From an uncultured delta proteobacterium (GTDB lineage: Bacteria; Desulfobacterota; Desulfobaccia; Desulfobaccales; 0-14-0-80-60-11), in NCBI GenBank assembly GCA_963797235.1, contig CAWCOX010000006.1, positions 191,668-255,667 on the forward strand: a DNA stretch of 64,000 nt, given 5' to 3'. The position numbers and the translations under genes were made by a program. The notes under the pieces are model-generated. The model saw only the letters and a program-made list of their open reading frames with translations. It was not told the DNA's origin and ran no database searches. How positions within the stretch are numbered: the stretch's first letter is position 1; every line of letters begins with the position of its first letter. Of the stretch, positions 38,351 to 47,034 are shown piece by piece.

Positions 38351-38450
38351 TCCAGCAATTCCCCAGAATGAAAAAGGGCACGGTAGGCCGTGCCCTGATT
38401 ATAACATATTTCCACGTCATTTTTGAGCCGACAGGGTTGTAAAGGAAAAA

Positions 38451-38471
38451 GGCGGGCAACGCCCGCCCTAC
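38451..38471. repeat. REP-like hairpin, family R3
   Basis: GGCGGGCAACGCCCGCCCTAC. Confidence 0.7.
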
Positions 38472-38509
38472 CCTCTTGGCTTCCCGCCGGCGGCGCGAAT
38501 TTCGGCTTG

Positions 38510-38555
38510 CCCCGTTTTCCCCCTTCCCCTTTTCCCCTTTTCGCCTCCGCCTTTT
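38510..38555. repeat. short-repeat tract (CCCCTTTT-like units)
   Basis: CCCCGTTTT CCCCCTT CCCCTTTT CCCCTTTT CGCCTCCGCCTTTT. It abuts the stop of the COG1900 gene. Confidence 0.75.
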
Positions 38556-39762
38556 AACTGTCCCGGCTGGCGGTGGGGACGCAGTGTATCTGGTCGCTGC
38601 CGGGCAGCGGTTCCACCGGTTCGCCCAGCAGGAACTGGCCGGAAGTGATCCAGTCCTTCAGGAGATGGGCGATCTCCCGGGCCCGCACCATGCTGGACAG
38701 AGGCACGGTGGGCACTTCCTGGCCCTCCAGGATGAGGTGGCCCGTCTTCAATTGGGCGTAGCTCACCTGCCCCAGAACGCGGCCGGTGGCGGCGGGATAA
38801 TCGCTGCCGTAGTCCACGATGGGGGCCAGCAGCTCTTCGTCGGACAGCCCGCAAAAATGGGCGATCTCCTCATTCAGCATGGGGATAGGAATACCCGCCC
38901 CCACGCTCAGGGAGCAGCCGTAGCCCAGGAGACTCACCCCCACCAGGTAGCGGGAAGTCATATTTTTCAAATCGCCCATGAGGAACAGGGTGCCGGCCGG
39001 CCCCAGGGGCACGCCGTGTTCGGAGCGCGGCTTGCCGGGGTTGTGCTGGGTGCCGGGAAAGACGACGTAGCCCACCCCGCCTCCCAGGAAAATCCGGGTG
39101 CCGATGCCGATGGTGCGGTAATACGGGTCGTTGAACAGGGGGCTCAAGGCGCCGGCGGTGCAGAAATTGGCGTTGCCCGCCTTGGGCCGGAGCGGCCCCA
39201 TGTAAGTGTAAATGGTGCGCTTGGACAGGTTCACCGCCACATTGTAGTTTTGGTAGCAATTGCGGGGATTGCACAGCACCGCGTTGGTCATCTGCTTCAG
39301 GGTGATCTCCCGATCCAGCCGCTTATTGGGGTAACAGTCGGTGCCGTAGGCCTCGGCCTCCAGGTGCACGGCCTTGCCCGCCACCAGGTCCTGGATGACG
39401 TGGCCGCCGCCGTATTTGAATTCGCCCGGGTAGACCTTATTCAGAGGATCATCGACGGTGGGCTCGGTGGCCCCGATATAGACGTCCACCGCGGCCAGGC
39501 CGGCATAGGCCCGCACGTTGTTGATCCAGACCTTCGAGGCCTTGATGGGCGGCTTGCTGTGGCCGAAATTGAGGAAGGCCCCGGAAGAGCACATGGGCGA
39601 AAAGGTGCCGGTGGTGACCACGTCCACGGTGCGGGCCGCGGCCGCCTCGCCCTTGGTGCGCACGATATCGATCATTTCCTCGGCGGTGACCACGACCGCT
39701 TGACCTTTCCTGATTTTGTCATTAATTTCCTGATAGGTCTTATTCACCTGATAATTCGCCAT
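38554..39762 (-). CDS. COG1900/DUF39 homocysteine-biosynthesis-type sulfurtransferase
   Basis: 402 aa with VVTTGTFSPMCSSGAFLNFGH and NPRNCYQNYNVAVN, characteristic of the MA1821-like family. No NIL-ferredoxin partner is seen. Confidence 0.75.
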   Translation of the reverse strand: MANYQVNKTYQEINDKIRKGQAVVVTAEEMIDIVRTKGEAAAARTVDVVTTGTFSPMCSSGAFLNFGHSKPPIKASKVWINNVRAYAGLAAVDVYIGATEPTVDDPLNKVYPGEFKYGGGHVIQDLVAGKAVHLEAEAYGTDCYPNKRLDREITLKQMTNAVLCNPRNCYQNYNVAVNLSKRTIYTYMGPLRPKAGNANFCTAGALSPLFNDPYYRTIGIGTRIFLGGGVGYVVFPGTQHNPGKPRSEHGVPLGPAGTLFLMGDLKNMTSRYLVGVSLLGYGCSLSVGAGIPIPMLNEEIAHFCGLSDEELLAPIVDYGSDYPAATGRVLGQVSYAQLKTGHLILEGQEVPTVPLSSMVRAREIAHLLKDWITSGQFLLGEPVEPLPGSDQIHCVPTASRDS

Positions 39763-39794
39763 AACCCACCCTTCTCTTGAGGTAACCCTTCGCC

Positions 39795-39896
39795 ATGGCT
39801 CACAACTTCCTACCCATCTGGTCCATTTTTATCACCAGCCTGGTTTCTCTGTTCGTGATTCTCGACCCGCTGGGCAATATCTCATCCAGGGCCTGA
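39795..39896 (+). pseudogene. N-terminal remnant of a MarC/UPF0056 family membrane protein
   Basis: Own translation: MAHNFLPIWSIFITSLVSLFVILDPLGNISSRA*. The FxILDPxGN motif is typical of the MarC N-terminus. It is truncated after 33 codons next to the radical SAM gene's 3' end. Confidence 0.4.
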
Positions 39897-39918
39897 AGAG
39901 CGCCTTTCCCCGGCTGGC

Positions 39919-41256
39919 TCAATAAAAGTCCACCGGGTCGATCTTCCGCATCGCCGCCCAATGGAAAAAGAGGTTGCTGGGCAGCCCCTGAAAGATGTAA
40001 CCGGTGGGTGGCGACAATAACCGGTGCCAGATGGAACGGAAGGAGTAAAATTTCTGAAAGCACCGCCAGACGCCGGCTTCGCACTGGTCAGGGGTCATGT
40101 GCTTGGGGAAGAAGTTGCACACCATCCCCAGGTACTTTTCGGCGTCGGGGTTGTGCATCCGGCCTTCCTTATTGAGCTGGTCCCACATGGGGGTGCCCCG
40201 GCGGGGAGTGGCCACGTTGAAGAAGGCCATGGGCGCCTTGACCTTATCCAGGAAATCCAGGGTCTCGTCGAACAGCTCCTGGTGGTCGCCGTCCAGCCCG
40301 AACATGAAGTTCAGGGAATAAAAGATCCCCTTTTTCCGCAACTGGCCCAGGAGCCAGCCGTACTCCGCCACCGGGTTCTGCACCTTGTCGATGGAGGAGA
40401 TGGACTCGGAGCAGACGTTTTCGATGCCGATGTTGACGTGGCTGCAGCCGGAACGCTTGGCCAGGTCCAGCAGGTCCTCGTCCCGGGAGGTGTTGATGGT
40501 CCACAGGCAGCTCCAGTGGATCTTCAGGGGCATCAGGGCCTGGAACAGTTCCTTGGCGTAGTCCCGGTGGCCGGTGAGGTTGTCGTCGATGAAATAGATG
40601 TTTTTGAGGCCGGTGATGCGCACGTTGGCCTGAATTTCGGCGATCACCTCAGCAATGGGCCGCCGGCGATAGGTGTGGCCGTAGACGATGGGCACCTCGC
40701 AGAAGGCGCAGTGGTACGGACAGCCCCGGCTGGTCTGGGTGGGGAGGATCTTGACCCGGTAGTTCCGGTAATCCACCAACTCCAGGCGGGGCCGGGGCAG
40801 ACCGGCCAGGTCGTGAAAATCCGCGGCCTGGTAACGACGCTGCAGGCGTTTGACCCGGGCGTCCTCCAGGACCTGCTCCCAGACCGACTCCGCCTCGCCC
40901 ACCACCACGGCGTCGCAATGCTCCATGGCCTCTTCGGGGTGCAGGGTGACATGGAAGCCGCCCATGACCACCGGCACGCCCCGGCGGCGAAACTCCGCGG
41001 AAATTTCATAGGCCCGCTCGGCCGTGGCGCAGGTGGAGGTGATCCCCACCAGATCATACTGGCGGTGATAGGGGAGGTCCATTAGGCGGTCATCCGCCAG
41101 GTCCACCTGGATGCCGCGGGGCGTCAGCCCGGCCAGATAAGGCAGGGTGATGCCCAAAAGCCAGCGGGTGCGGCTGCGCAGCAGCTTCCGGTTCGGATAT
41201 TTAGTTGTGGGCTGAACCAGCAAAATTCTCATGGAAACGGGCATCTCCCGGCGCAC
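39919..41256 (-). CDS. B12-binding domain-containing radical SAM protein
   Basis: The N-terminal Rossmann-like B12-binding region (ILLVQP...VVMGGFH) is followed by SRGCPYHCAFCEV (CxxxCxxC). The start may instead be ATG 41232. Confidence 0.85.
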   Translation of the reverse strand: MRREMPVSMRILLVQPTTKYPNRKLLRSRTRWLLGITLPYLAGLTPRGIQVDLADDRLMDLPYHRQYDLVGITSTCATAERAYEISAEFRRRGVPVVMGGFHVTLHPEEAMEHCDAVVVGEAESVWEQVLEDARVKRLQRRYQAADFHDLAGLPRPRLELVDYRNYRVKILPTQTSRGCPYHCAFCEVPIVYGHTYRRRPIAEVIAEIQANVRITGLKNIYFIDDNLTGHRDYAKELFQALMPLKIHWSCLWTINTSRDEDLLDLAKRSGCSHVNIGIENVCSESISSIDKVQNPVAEYGWLLGQLRKKGIFYSLNFMFGLDGDHQELFDETLDFLDKVKAPMAFFNVATPRRGTPMWDQLNKEGRMHNPDAEKYLGMVCNFFPKHMTPDQCEAGVWRCFQKFYSFRSIWHRLLSPPTGYIFQGLPSNLFFHWAAMRKIDPVDFY

Positions 41257-41392
41257 ACAAGGGCAGTTGAATTTGGCTCACTCCAGACGCACAGAAAGCC
41301 TGCCGGCGCCAATCCTTGGCTAAAGCGAAAGCCGGCCAGGGATAGCCATTCTCAAAGAAAACCCCCCGGCTTCTGCAGGGAGGTTAGTCTCT

Positions 41393-41420
41393 ATTGTAAT
41401 ATATAGTATAGGCCTTTCAA
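41393..41420 (-). promoter_or_regulatory. candidate sigma-70 promoter for the radical SAM gene
   Basis: The minus strand reads TTGAAA-16 nt-TACAAT. Confidence 0.4.
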
Positions 41421-41466
41421 TGGGAAAAGTCATCAGCGGCCCGGTGAGGTTCTCAGGTAACCGCTT

Positions 41467-41527
41467 GTGTAAAACCGCCGCCCTCGGCGGTTCCTCTCAG
41501 ACGCCGGTGAGGGCGCCGGCGCTACAT
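41467..41527. repeat. double-hairpin element, family R1 (inverted orientation)
   Basis: The reverse complement reads ATGTAGCGCCGGCGCCCTCACCGGCGTCTGAGAGGAACCGCCGAGGGCGGCGGTTTTACAC. Confidence 0.85.
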
Positions 41528-41538
41528 TATTAACTAAT

Positions 41539-42291
41539 TCAATCCTTTCGATTGATCAACGCCGCCAGGAAGCCGGCGCCGAAGCCGTTGTCGATGTTGA
41601 CCACCGCCACTCCGGTGGCGCAGGAATTGAGCATGGCCAGCAGGGCCGCCAGGCCGCCGAAGGAAGCGCCGTAGCCCACGGAGGTGGGCACGGCGATCAC
41701 CGGCCGGTCCACCAGACCGCCCACCACGCTGGGCAGGGCGCCTTCCATGCCCGCCACCACCACGAAGACGGTGGCCTGGGCCAGCAGCTCCCGGTGGGCC
41801 AGCAGCCGGTGCAGGCCGGCCACCCCCACGTCATAGACCGGCTCGGCCCGGTGCCCCATGATGCGGGCCGTGAGCAGCGCCTCTTCGGCCACCGGGATGT
41901 CGGAGGTGCCGGCGGAGAGCACCACGATCACGCCCCGGCCCCGGTCGGGGACCTGGCCCCGGCTGAGGGTCAGCACCCGGGAATCGGGGTGGTAACGGGC
42001 CTGGTCGAATTCGGCCAGCAACACCGCGGCCTTTTCTCCGTCCAGGCGGGTCACCAGGACGTGGTCGGACCGGCGCGTCAGGGCCTCTATAATCCCCCGA
42101 ATCTGCTCCAGGCTCTTGCCCTCGGCGAAGACCACCTCCGGGAAGCCCTGGCGCAGCTGCCGATGGTGGTCCACCCGGGCGAAACCCAGGTCTTCGAAAG
42201 GCAAGGTCCGGAGCCGCTCCACCGCCTGATCGACGGACAATTGCCCCTCTTTAACTTCGGAGAGCAACTGCTCTAAAACTTTGATATCCAT
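41539..42291 (-). CDS. larB: LarB-type (PurE-like) nickel-pincer cofactor biosynthesis protein
   Basis: N-terminal extension with ARVDHHR. PurE-like core [13 protein letters not shown] and [16 protein letters not shown]. Confidence 0.8.
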   Translation of the reverse strand: MDIKVLEQLLSEVKEGQLSVDQAVERLRTLPFEDLGFARVDHHRQLRQGFPEVVFAEGKSLEQIRGIIEALTRRSDHVLVTRLDGEKAAVLLAEFDQARYHPDSRVLTLSRGQVPDRGRGVIVVLSAGTSDIPVAEEALLTARIMGHRAEPVYDVGVAGLHRLLAHRELLAQATVFVVVAGMEGALPSVVGGLVDRPVIAVPTSVGYGASFGGLAALLAMLNSCATGVAVVNIDNGFGAGFLAALINRKD

Positions 42292-42341
42292 GCATAATCC
42301 TTTATGAATCAGGGGTCAGGGAAAGCTTAATATAACTGCCT

Positions 42342-43490
42342 TCACTTTTCCGCGGCCACCAACTTGCCTTCCCGCGTCACCCGATAAGTTTTTCCGCCCC
42401 AGGTGACCCGATGGCCCAGGAAGCTCAGGGACCACAGAACGAAGGCCAGCAGGTCTTTCAGGGGCAGCAGCCACAAATCGCGCCTGGCCAGGTGGCCCCG
42501 GAGACAGGTCCACTCCGAGAAGCCGGCCAGGATCCAGCGCAGGGACAGGGTCGCCGCGGCCAGTCCCAGGGTCCAGGAGGCTGCCCCGGTGGCCCAGACC
42601 AGGATCAGGCTGTAGACCAGGGCGTGGGTGATGCCGTAGGCCAGGAAGCCCTTGGGGCGGCAGACCCGGTAAGTGCGGGCCCAACGCAGCTGGTGCACCA
42701 GATAATCCTTCAGGCTCAGGTCCGGATCTTGCGTCTCCACCACATAGGGGAGAATCTTCACCCCCAAAGCGGCCGCGGCCACCCGCCAGCCCAACTGGTA
42801 GTCATCCGCCAGGAAGTCGGCCAGGGGGGCCAGGCCGCCGATGGTCTGCAAGGCCCGGCGGTTCAGGGCCATGGCGGCCCCCAGGGCGAAGCGGATGCCC
42901 TCCACGTAGTGGGCCGTGGCCACCGAGGGGATGAAATCCGCGGCAATGGTCAGGGCCTCCAGTTTGGCCCCCAGGGTAGAGGCCGGGCCGCAACGATACG
43001 GACAGCTCACCAGGCCCATCTCCGGTTCCTGCAAGGCCGCGGCCACCCGGGAGAGGAAATCCGGCCCCACCTTGACGTCGGCGTCGGCAATGACCAGCAG
43101 GTCGTAGGCGGCCCGCGCCTCCATCTGCCGTAGCTTGCTGATCTTGGGGTTCAGCCCCAGGCTCTCGGGGCAAAAGACCAGGTCGGTCGCCAGGTCAGGA
43201 TGCGCCTGCTGGAGTTCCCGGAGCAGGCCCACCACCGGGTCCTCGGGGTCCCGGACGCCGAAAATTACCTGATAGGGCTGATAAGCCTGAGACAAAAAAC
43301 TCTCCAGGCACTCCCGGGTGTTGGACTCCAGGCCCTTCACGGGCTTGAAGACGGTGATGCCGGGGCCGGTCGCGGCCGCAGGCGGGGCGCCGGCCGGGGC
43401 GAAGAAACGCCGCAGGGATACCAGGGCCAGGAACTGGTAGCCGCAGGCGGCGATCAGAAGCAGGAGCACTAGGAAAGCCGGAATTCCCAT
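42342..43490 (-). CDS. glycosyltransferase, family 21/2 (ceramide glucosyltransferase/HpnI-like)
   Basis: N-terminal TM segment. ITVFKPVKG...VIFGV...ADADVKV (DxD). C-terminal TM bundle with QLRWARTYR. Confidence 0.7.
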   Translation of the reverse strand: MGIPAFLVLLLLIAACGYQFLALVSLRRFFAPAGAPPAAATGPGITVFKPVKGLESNTRECLESFLSQAYQPYQVIFGVRDPEDPVVGLLRELQQAHPDLATDLVFCPESLGLNPKISKLRQMEARAAYDLLVIADADVKVGPDFLSRVAAALQEPEMGLVSCPYRCGPASTLGAKLEALTIAADFIPSVATAHYVEGIRFALGAAMALNRRALQTIGGLAPLADFLADDYQLGWRVAAAALGVKILPYVVETQDPDLSLKDYLVHQLRWARTYRVCRPKGFLAYGITHALVYSLILVWATGAASWTLGLAAATLSLRWILAGFSEWTCLRGHLARRDLWLLPLKDLLAFVLWSLSFLGHRVTWGGKTYRVTREGKLVAAEK

Positions 43491-43665
43491 GATAGCCCAA
43501 GGGTGATCTCAATAAGGCCCAGACTTGCAATTCGCTCATCATATCACGAAGCTACAAAAAGAACAGATGCTACCGGGAAAAACGGCGGCACCGGGGCTGT
43601 CTGCCTTGCCTCGGGCCAGGAGCATCTTATCTTTAAGGACATCCTCGGCGTATAAGGAGAAAATC

Positions 43666-44010
43666 ATGACGGAAGCAGTGGTCTATTGGCGTGACAGTTG
43701 GAATGCGGCCCTGGAAGAAGCCAAAAAGGCCAACCGGCCTCTGGTGCTGGAACTCTATATGGAAGGCTGCCCCCACTGCCAGCATATGCACCGGGAGACC
43801 CATGCCGACCCGGCGGTGGCCGCGGCCTTGAACACCCGCTTCATTCCGGTGCGCCTGGAAGGGCGACAACACATGGATGTGGTGAAACAGTTCAACGTTA
43901 CCGGGGCGCCCACCACTATCATTGTATCGCCTGAGGGGAAGGAACTGCACCGCATTGCCGGGTTCCTCTCACCGGCGGAGTACCTCAAAGAGATAGAAAA
44001 ATACGGCTGA
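43666..44010 (+). CDS. thioredoxin-fold protein
   Basis: CPHC active-site motif. ATG 43666 follows AAGGAGA. The track ORF upstream part is discounted. Confidence 0.7.
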   Translation: MTEAVVYWRDSWNAALEEAKKANRPLVLELYMEGCPHCQHMHRETHADPAVAAALNTRFIPVRLEGRQHMDVVKQFNVTGAPTTIIVSPEGKELHRIAGFLSPAEYLKEIEKYG

Positions 44011-44090
44011 AGCGCCTCAAGGCGCGGAGATAAGTCGACCCGGCGTCAGCTTGGAGTCGAGGCGTCAACCAGGGCCCCAGGGAGTCAACC

Positions 44091-44116
44091 GGGCGGCCAA
44101 GCCCCGCCTTTTTTTT
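44091..44116 (+). terminator. rho-independent terminator
   Basis: Short stem GGCGG/CCGCC followed by T8. Confidence 0.5.
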
Positions 44117-44156
44117 CACGGAGTGCCGGAGAAAGGCTCGGAAGCGCCATTCTCAT

Positions 44157-44185
44157 TTGCCAAGCCGCGTTTTTTTTCGTATCAT
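44157..44185 (+). promoter_or_regulatory. candidate sigma-70 promoter for the carboxypeptidase gene
   Basis: TTGCCA-17 nt-TATCAT. Confidence 0.45.
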
Positions 44186-44248
44186 AATACAGCCGGTGGG
44201 CGCAGATATCCTGGTTCACCGGGCTAATCACGGCAGGCAAGAGGGCTC

Positions 44249-45232
44249 ATGAAACAAGGCAACAAATTGGCACTGGTGTTTTTCGGGTTGCTGGCGGTTT
44301 TGTGGTTGGCGGTGGCGCCGGCCGGCGCTCAGGATGAAGAGGGTTTTCAGGTTTCGGCCAAATCGTTCGTCCTGATGGATGCCAAAACCGGCCAGATATT
44401 ACTCTCCCTTAACCCCCAGCTGTTTATCCCTCCTGCCAGTACCATGAAGGTCATGACGGCCTTGTCGGTGGTGGAGCACCTGAAGATGGACGACACCGTG
44501 ACGGTGAGCGCCTACGCCGCCTCCGCCCCGGCCTCCAAGATCGGCATTAAGGCCGGAGAGACTTACACGGTTCAAGACCTGCTCTATGCCCTGCTGCTCT
44601 CTTCGGCCAACGACTCGGCCCGGGCCCTGGCCGAGAAGGTGAGCGGCAGCGAAGAGGCCTTTGCCCAACAGTTGACCCGGGAAGTCCGGCAATGGGGGGC
44701 CTACCGCACCACCCTGGCCACGGCCAACGGCCTGCCGGCGGACAACCAGTTTTCCACCGCCCAGGACCTGGCTCTGATGTTCAAGAAGGCCATGGAAAAT
44801 CCGGAGTTGGCCAAGATTATGGGGACCAAGTATTACACCATCAAGGGGGACAAGGAACTGCGCAACCATAACCGCTTCCTGTTCACTACCCCCCTGGCGG
44901 TGGCGGGCAAGACCGGCTATACCATAGCCTCCAAAACCACTTACGTCGGCGAGTTTCAAAAGGACGACAAGGCCGTAATCGTCGCCATGATGGGGAGTAC
45001 GAAGAAATGGGCCGACTTGCGGCCCCTCGTCGAGAAGGGCTTTGAACTGGAAGGCGCCCCCATCGCCAAGCTGCCGCCGGCGGAAGAAAAGCTCTATGTC
45101 GGCAGGGGCCACGGCACCGGGGTCGCGGCCCGGAGGTCCAAACGGAGCAAGGCGATCGGCTCCGCCGGCTGCCCTCCCAGGAAAAAGGCTTTGAGCCGGA
45201 AAAAGTCCAAGCAGAAGGAAGAGGAATCTTGA
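44249..45232 (+). CDS. D-alanyl-D-alanine carboxypeptidase (S11 penicillin-binding protein)
   Basis: Signal peptide. ASTMK (SxxK), SSAND (SxN) and GKTGYT (KTG). Confidence 0.85.
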   Translation: MKQGNKLALVFFGLLAVLWLAVAPAGAQDEEGFQVSAKSFVLMDAKTGQILLSLNPQLFIPPASTMKVMTALSVVEHLKMDDTVTVSAYAASAPASKIGIKAGETYTVQDLLYALLLSSANDSARALAEKVSGSEEAFAQQLTREVRQWGAYRTTLATANGLPADNQFSTAQDLALMFKKAMENPELAKIMGTKYYTIKGDKELRNHNRFLFTTPLAVAGKTGYTIASKTTYVGEFQKDDKAVIVAMMGSTKKWADLRPLVEKGFELEGAPIAKLPPAEEKLYVGRGHGTGVAARRSKRSKAIGSAGCPPRKKALSRKKSKQKEEES

Positions 45233-45242
45233 GGCGAGGGTT

Positions 45243-45518
45243 ATGAGGCCCGCCAAGGGTTTGTTCAATAAAGTCAAGAACCTGCCTACCCGCCGGCGGT
45301 TTGTGATTTCCACCATCAAGAAGGAAGAGGGCCGCTTCGAAACCGCGGTGTTTGAGGCCGGCTTCTTTTACACGCCCCGGCACCTGTCCAAGCCCGATCT
45401 GGCGGTGGAGAACCACTCGCAAGAAGAGGCCTGGGACCTGCACTACCGCCTGACCGTCCGTTTGGCCCAGGAATACCCAACCAGGGTTTTCGAAGATTAC
45501 CGTCAGCCGCCCGCCTGA
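45243..45518 (+). CDS. hypothetical protein
   Basis: 91-aa ORF with host-like codon bias, 10 nt after the upstream stop. Confidence 0.5.
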   Translation: MRPAKGLFNKVKNLPTRRRFVISTIKKEEGRFETAVFEAGFFYTPRHLSKPDLAVENHSQEEAWDLHYRLTVRLAQEYPTRVFEDYRQPPA

Positions 45519-45752
45519 ACCACCACCGGATTAAAGCCTCCCGGTCAAAGAGCCGAATCTAATAACAGGCCGGTGGCCGCCGCGCCGCGGGGACCGGCCC
45601 CGCCAGACGCCGCGGGCCTCTGGACCGGATCAGTGGCCACCTGTAACCATCGCCAAAAGCTCCTGCCGGTTTATCCCCACTGCCCCAATGGGTGAGGAGG
45701 ATGAGGGGGAATAAGCAAAAACTTTTGGCAATTCCTGTAACCGGGTCGGATC

Positions 45753-46259
45753 ATGGCTAGGCCGAAATTTGCTCGGGTGGGCGGAGGCTGGGGCGAAACG
45801 GGTAACGTCGTGGTGGAATTGGCCCTGGTCCTCCCCCTGCTGCTGCTGATGTTGGCCGGCATTGTCGACCTGGGCACCCTTTACTGGGAAAAACAGATCC
45901 TGACCGACGCCGCCGACGAGGGGGCCAGGGTGGCCTCGTGGGCCGCCGCCGACGGGTCTGCGGCCCAAAACGCCGTGCAAGTCATGCAGATCGTCCAGGG
46001 CCAATTGGACCAATACCACCTGCGGGACGCCGGCGGCAGCCGGATCGTCTTGACCTCGGGCAGCAACTTCAACTACCATTGGGATGCTACCGTTACCCCG
46101 GTGGTGTTGTGGGTGGAGATTAAGAACATTCCGGTGGGGATGCTGCTGCTGCCTAATGTGCTGCCGCTTTTTGGGAGTGGCGGCAATTTCAGCCCGCCGG
46201 CCTTGCAGGCCAAAACCACGGTGGCGGCGGAGTGGACCACCCCGCCGCCTCTGAGGTGA
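45753..46259 (+). CDS. TadE/TadG-like pilus assembly protein
   Basis: N-terminal GNVVVELALVLPLLLLMLAGIVDLG, typical of TadE-like pseudopilins. No other tad genes are in the window. Confidence 0.6.
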   Translation: MARPKFARVGGGWGETGNVVVELALVLPLLLLMLAGIVDLGTLYWEKQILTDAADEGARVASWAAADGSAAQNAVQVMQIVQGQLDQYHLRDAGGSRIVLTSGSNFNYHWDATVTPVVLWVEIKNIPVGMLLLPNVLPLFGSGGNFSPPALQAKTTVAAEWTTPPPLR

Positions 46260-46305
46260 GGGCTTTGTTTCGGGGGCGGCCCCAAAGTGGCCTTGAAGGT
46301 CTCGC

Positions 46306-46986
46306 CTAAAAGTCCAAATCCACGCTTTTCACCCCCTCCATAGCAAAGACCTCCTGCAAGACCTCCCGGCTGGGATGCACGGTGCGCATCCGTAAGAGAA
46401 AGCTGGCCCGCACCTCTTTTCTCTCCAGGTCTTTTTTCAAACCGAAGTTGACGATCTCGAATTGATTCTTAGCGATGATCTCCTGAATGCGGTTGAGTTG
46501 GCCGGCTTCGTCTCGGGCCACTACGGTCATCTCCTTATACCAATCCTTCTTCAGCCGCCGCTCCAGGGCCTTGAGCCCCACCAGAGACACCAGGGTGAGG
46601 CTGGTCACCGCGCCCCCGAAGAGATAAAACCCGGCGCCGATGGCCAGACCGACGGCGCAGGCCACCCAAATGGCGGCCGCGGTGGTCAGGCCGCGGATGG
46701 TGTCTTTATAACGCAGGATGACGCCGGCCCCCAAAAAGCCGATGCCGGTGATGGCCTGGGCCGCGATGCGCCCCGGGTCGGCCCGCAGGATGTCGGTCAG
46801 CCCCTTGGCCTCATATTTGAAAAAGAGCAATTCCGAGACCACCATGATCAGGGCCGAGCCCATGCACAGGAGCAGATAGGTCCGGATGCCGGCCGGCCGG
46901 CCGTGCACCTCCCGTTCGAGCCCCACCACCGCACCCAGGATCGCGGCCAGGAACAACCTGAAGAGAATCTCGTAATTGCTTACCAT
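46306..46986 (-). CDS. mgtC: MgtC/SapB family membrane protein
   Basis: GAVVGLEREVHGRPAGIRTY, 4-5 TM segments and a C-terminal ACT-like domain. Confidence 0.85.
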   Translation of the reverse strand: MVSNYEILFRLFLAAILGAVVGLEREVHGRPAGIRTYLLLCMGSALIMVVSELLFFKYEAKGLTDILRADPGRIAAQAITGIGFLGAGVILRYKDTIRGLTTAAAIWVACAVGLAIGAGFYLFGGAVTSLTLVSLVGLKALERRLKKDWYKEMTVVARDEAGQLNRIQEIIAKNQFEIVNFGLKKDLERKEVRASFLLRMRTVHPSREVLQEVFAMEGVKSVDLDF

Positions 46987-47034
46987 GGTCGGCTCCTTGC
47001 TTGGAGGAATGCGGGATTTTGTCCAGTTTTCTTT

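Noticed and set aside
41257-41420. Cobalamin or SAM riboswitch upstream of the B12-radical SAM gene
   Set aside because: I could not find a B12 box (GCCACTG-like core) or SAM-I conserved junction sequences by eye. It is kept only as an unspecified leader-structure hypothesis.
45725-45740. Sigma-54 promoter-like TTGGCAATTCCTGTAA upstream of the tadE-like gene
   Set aside because: The GG-to-G spacing is 10 rather than 12, and the -12 element is TGT rather than TGC.
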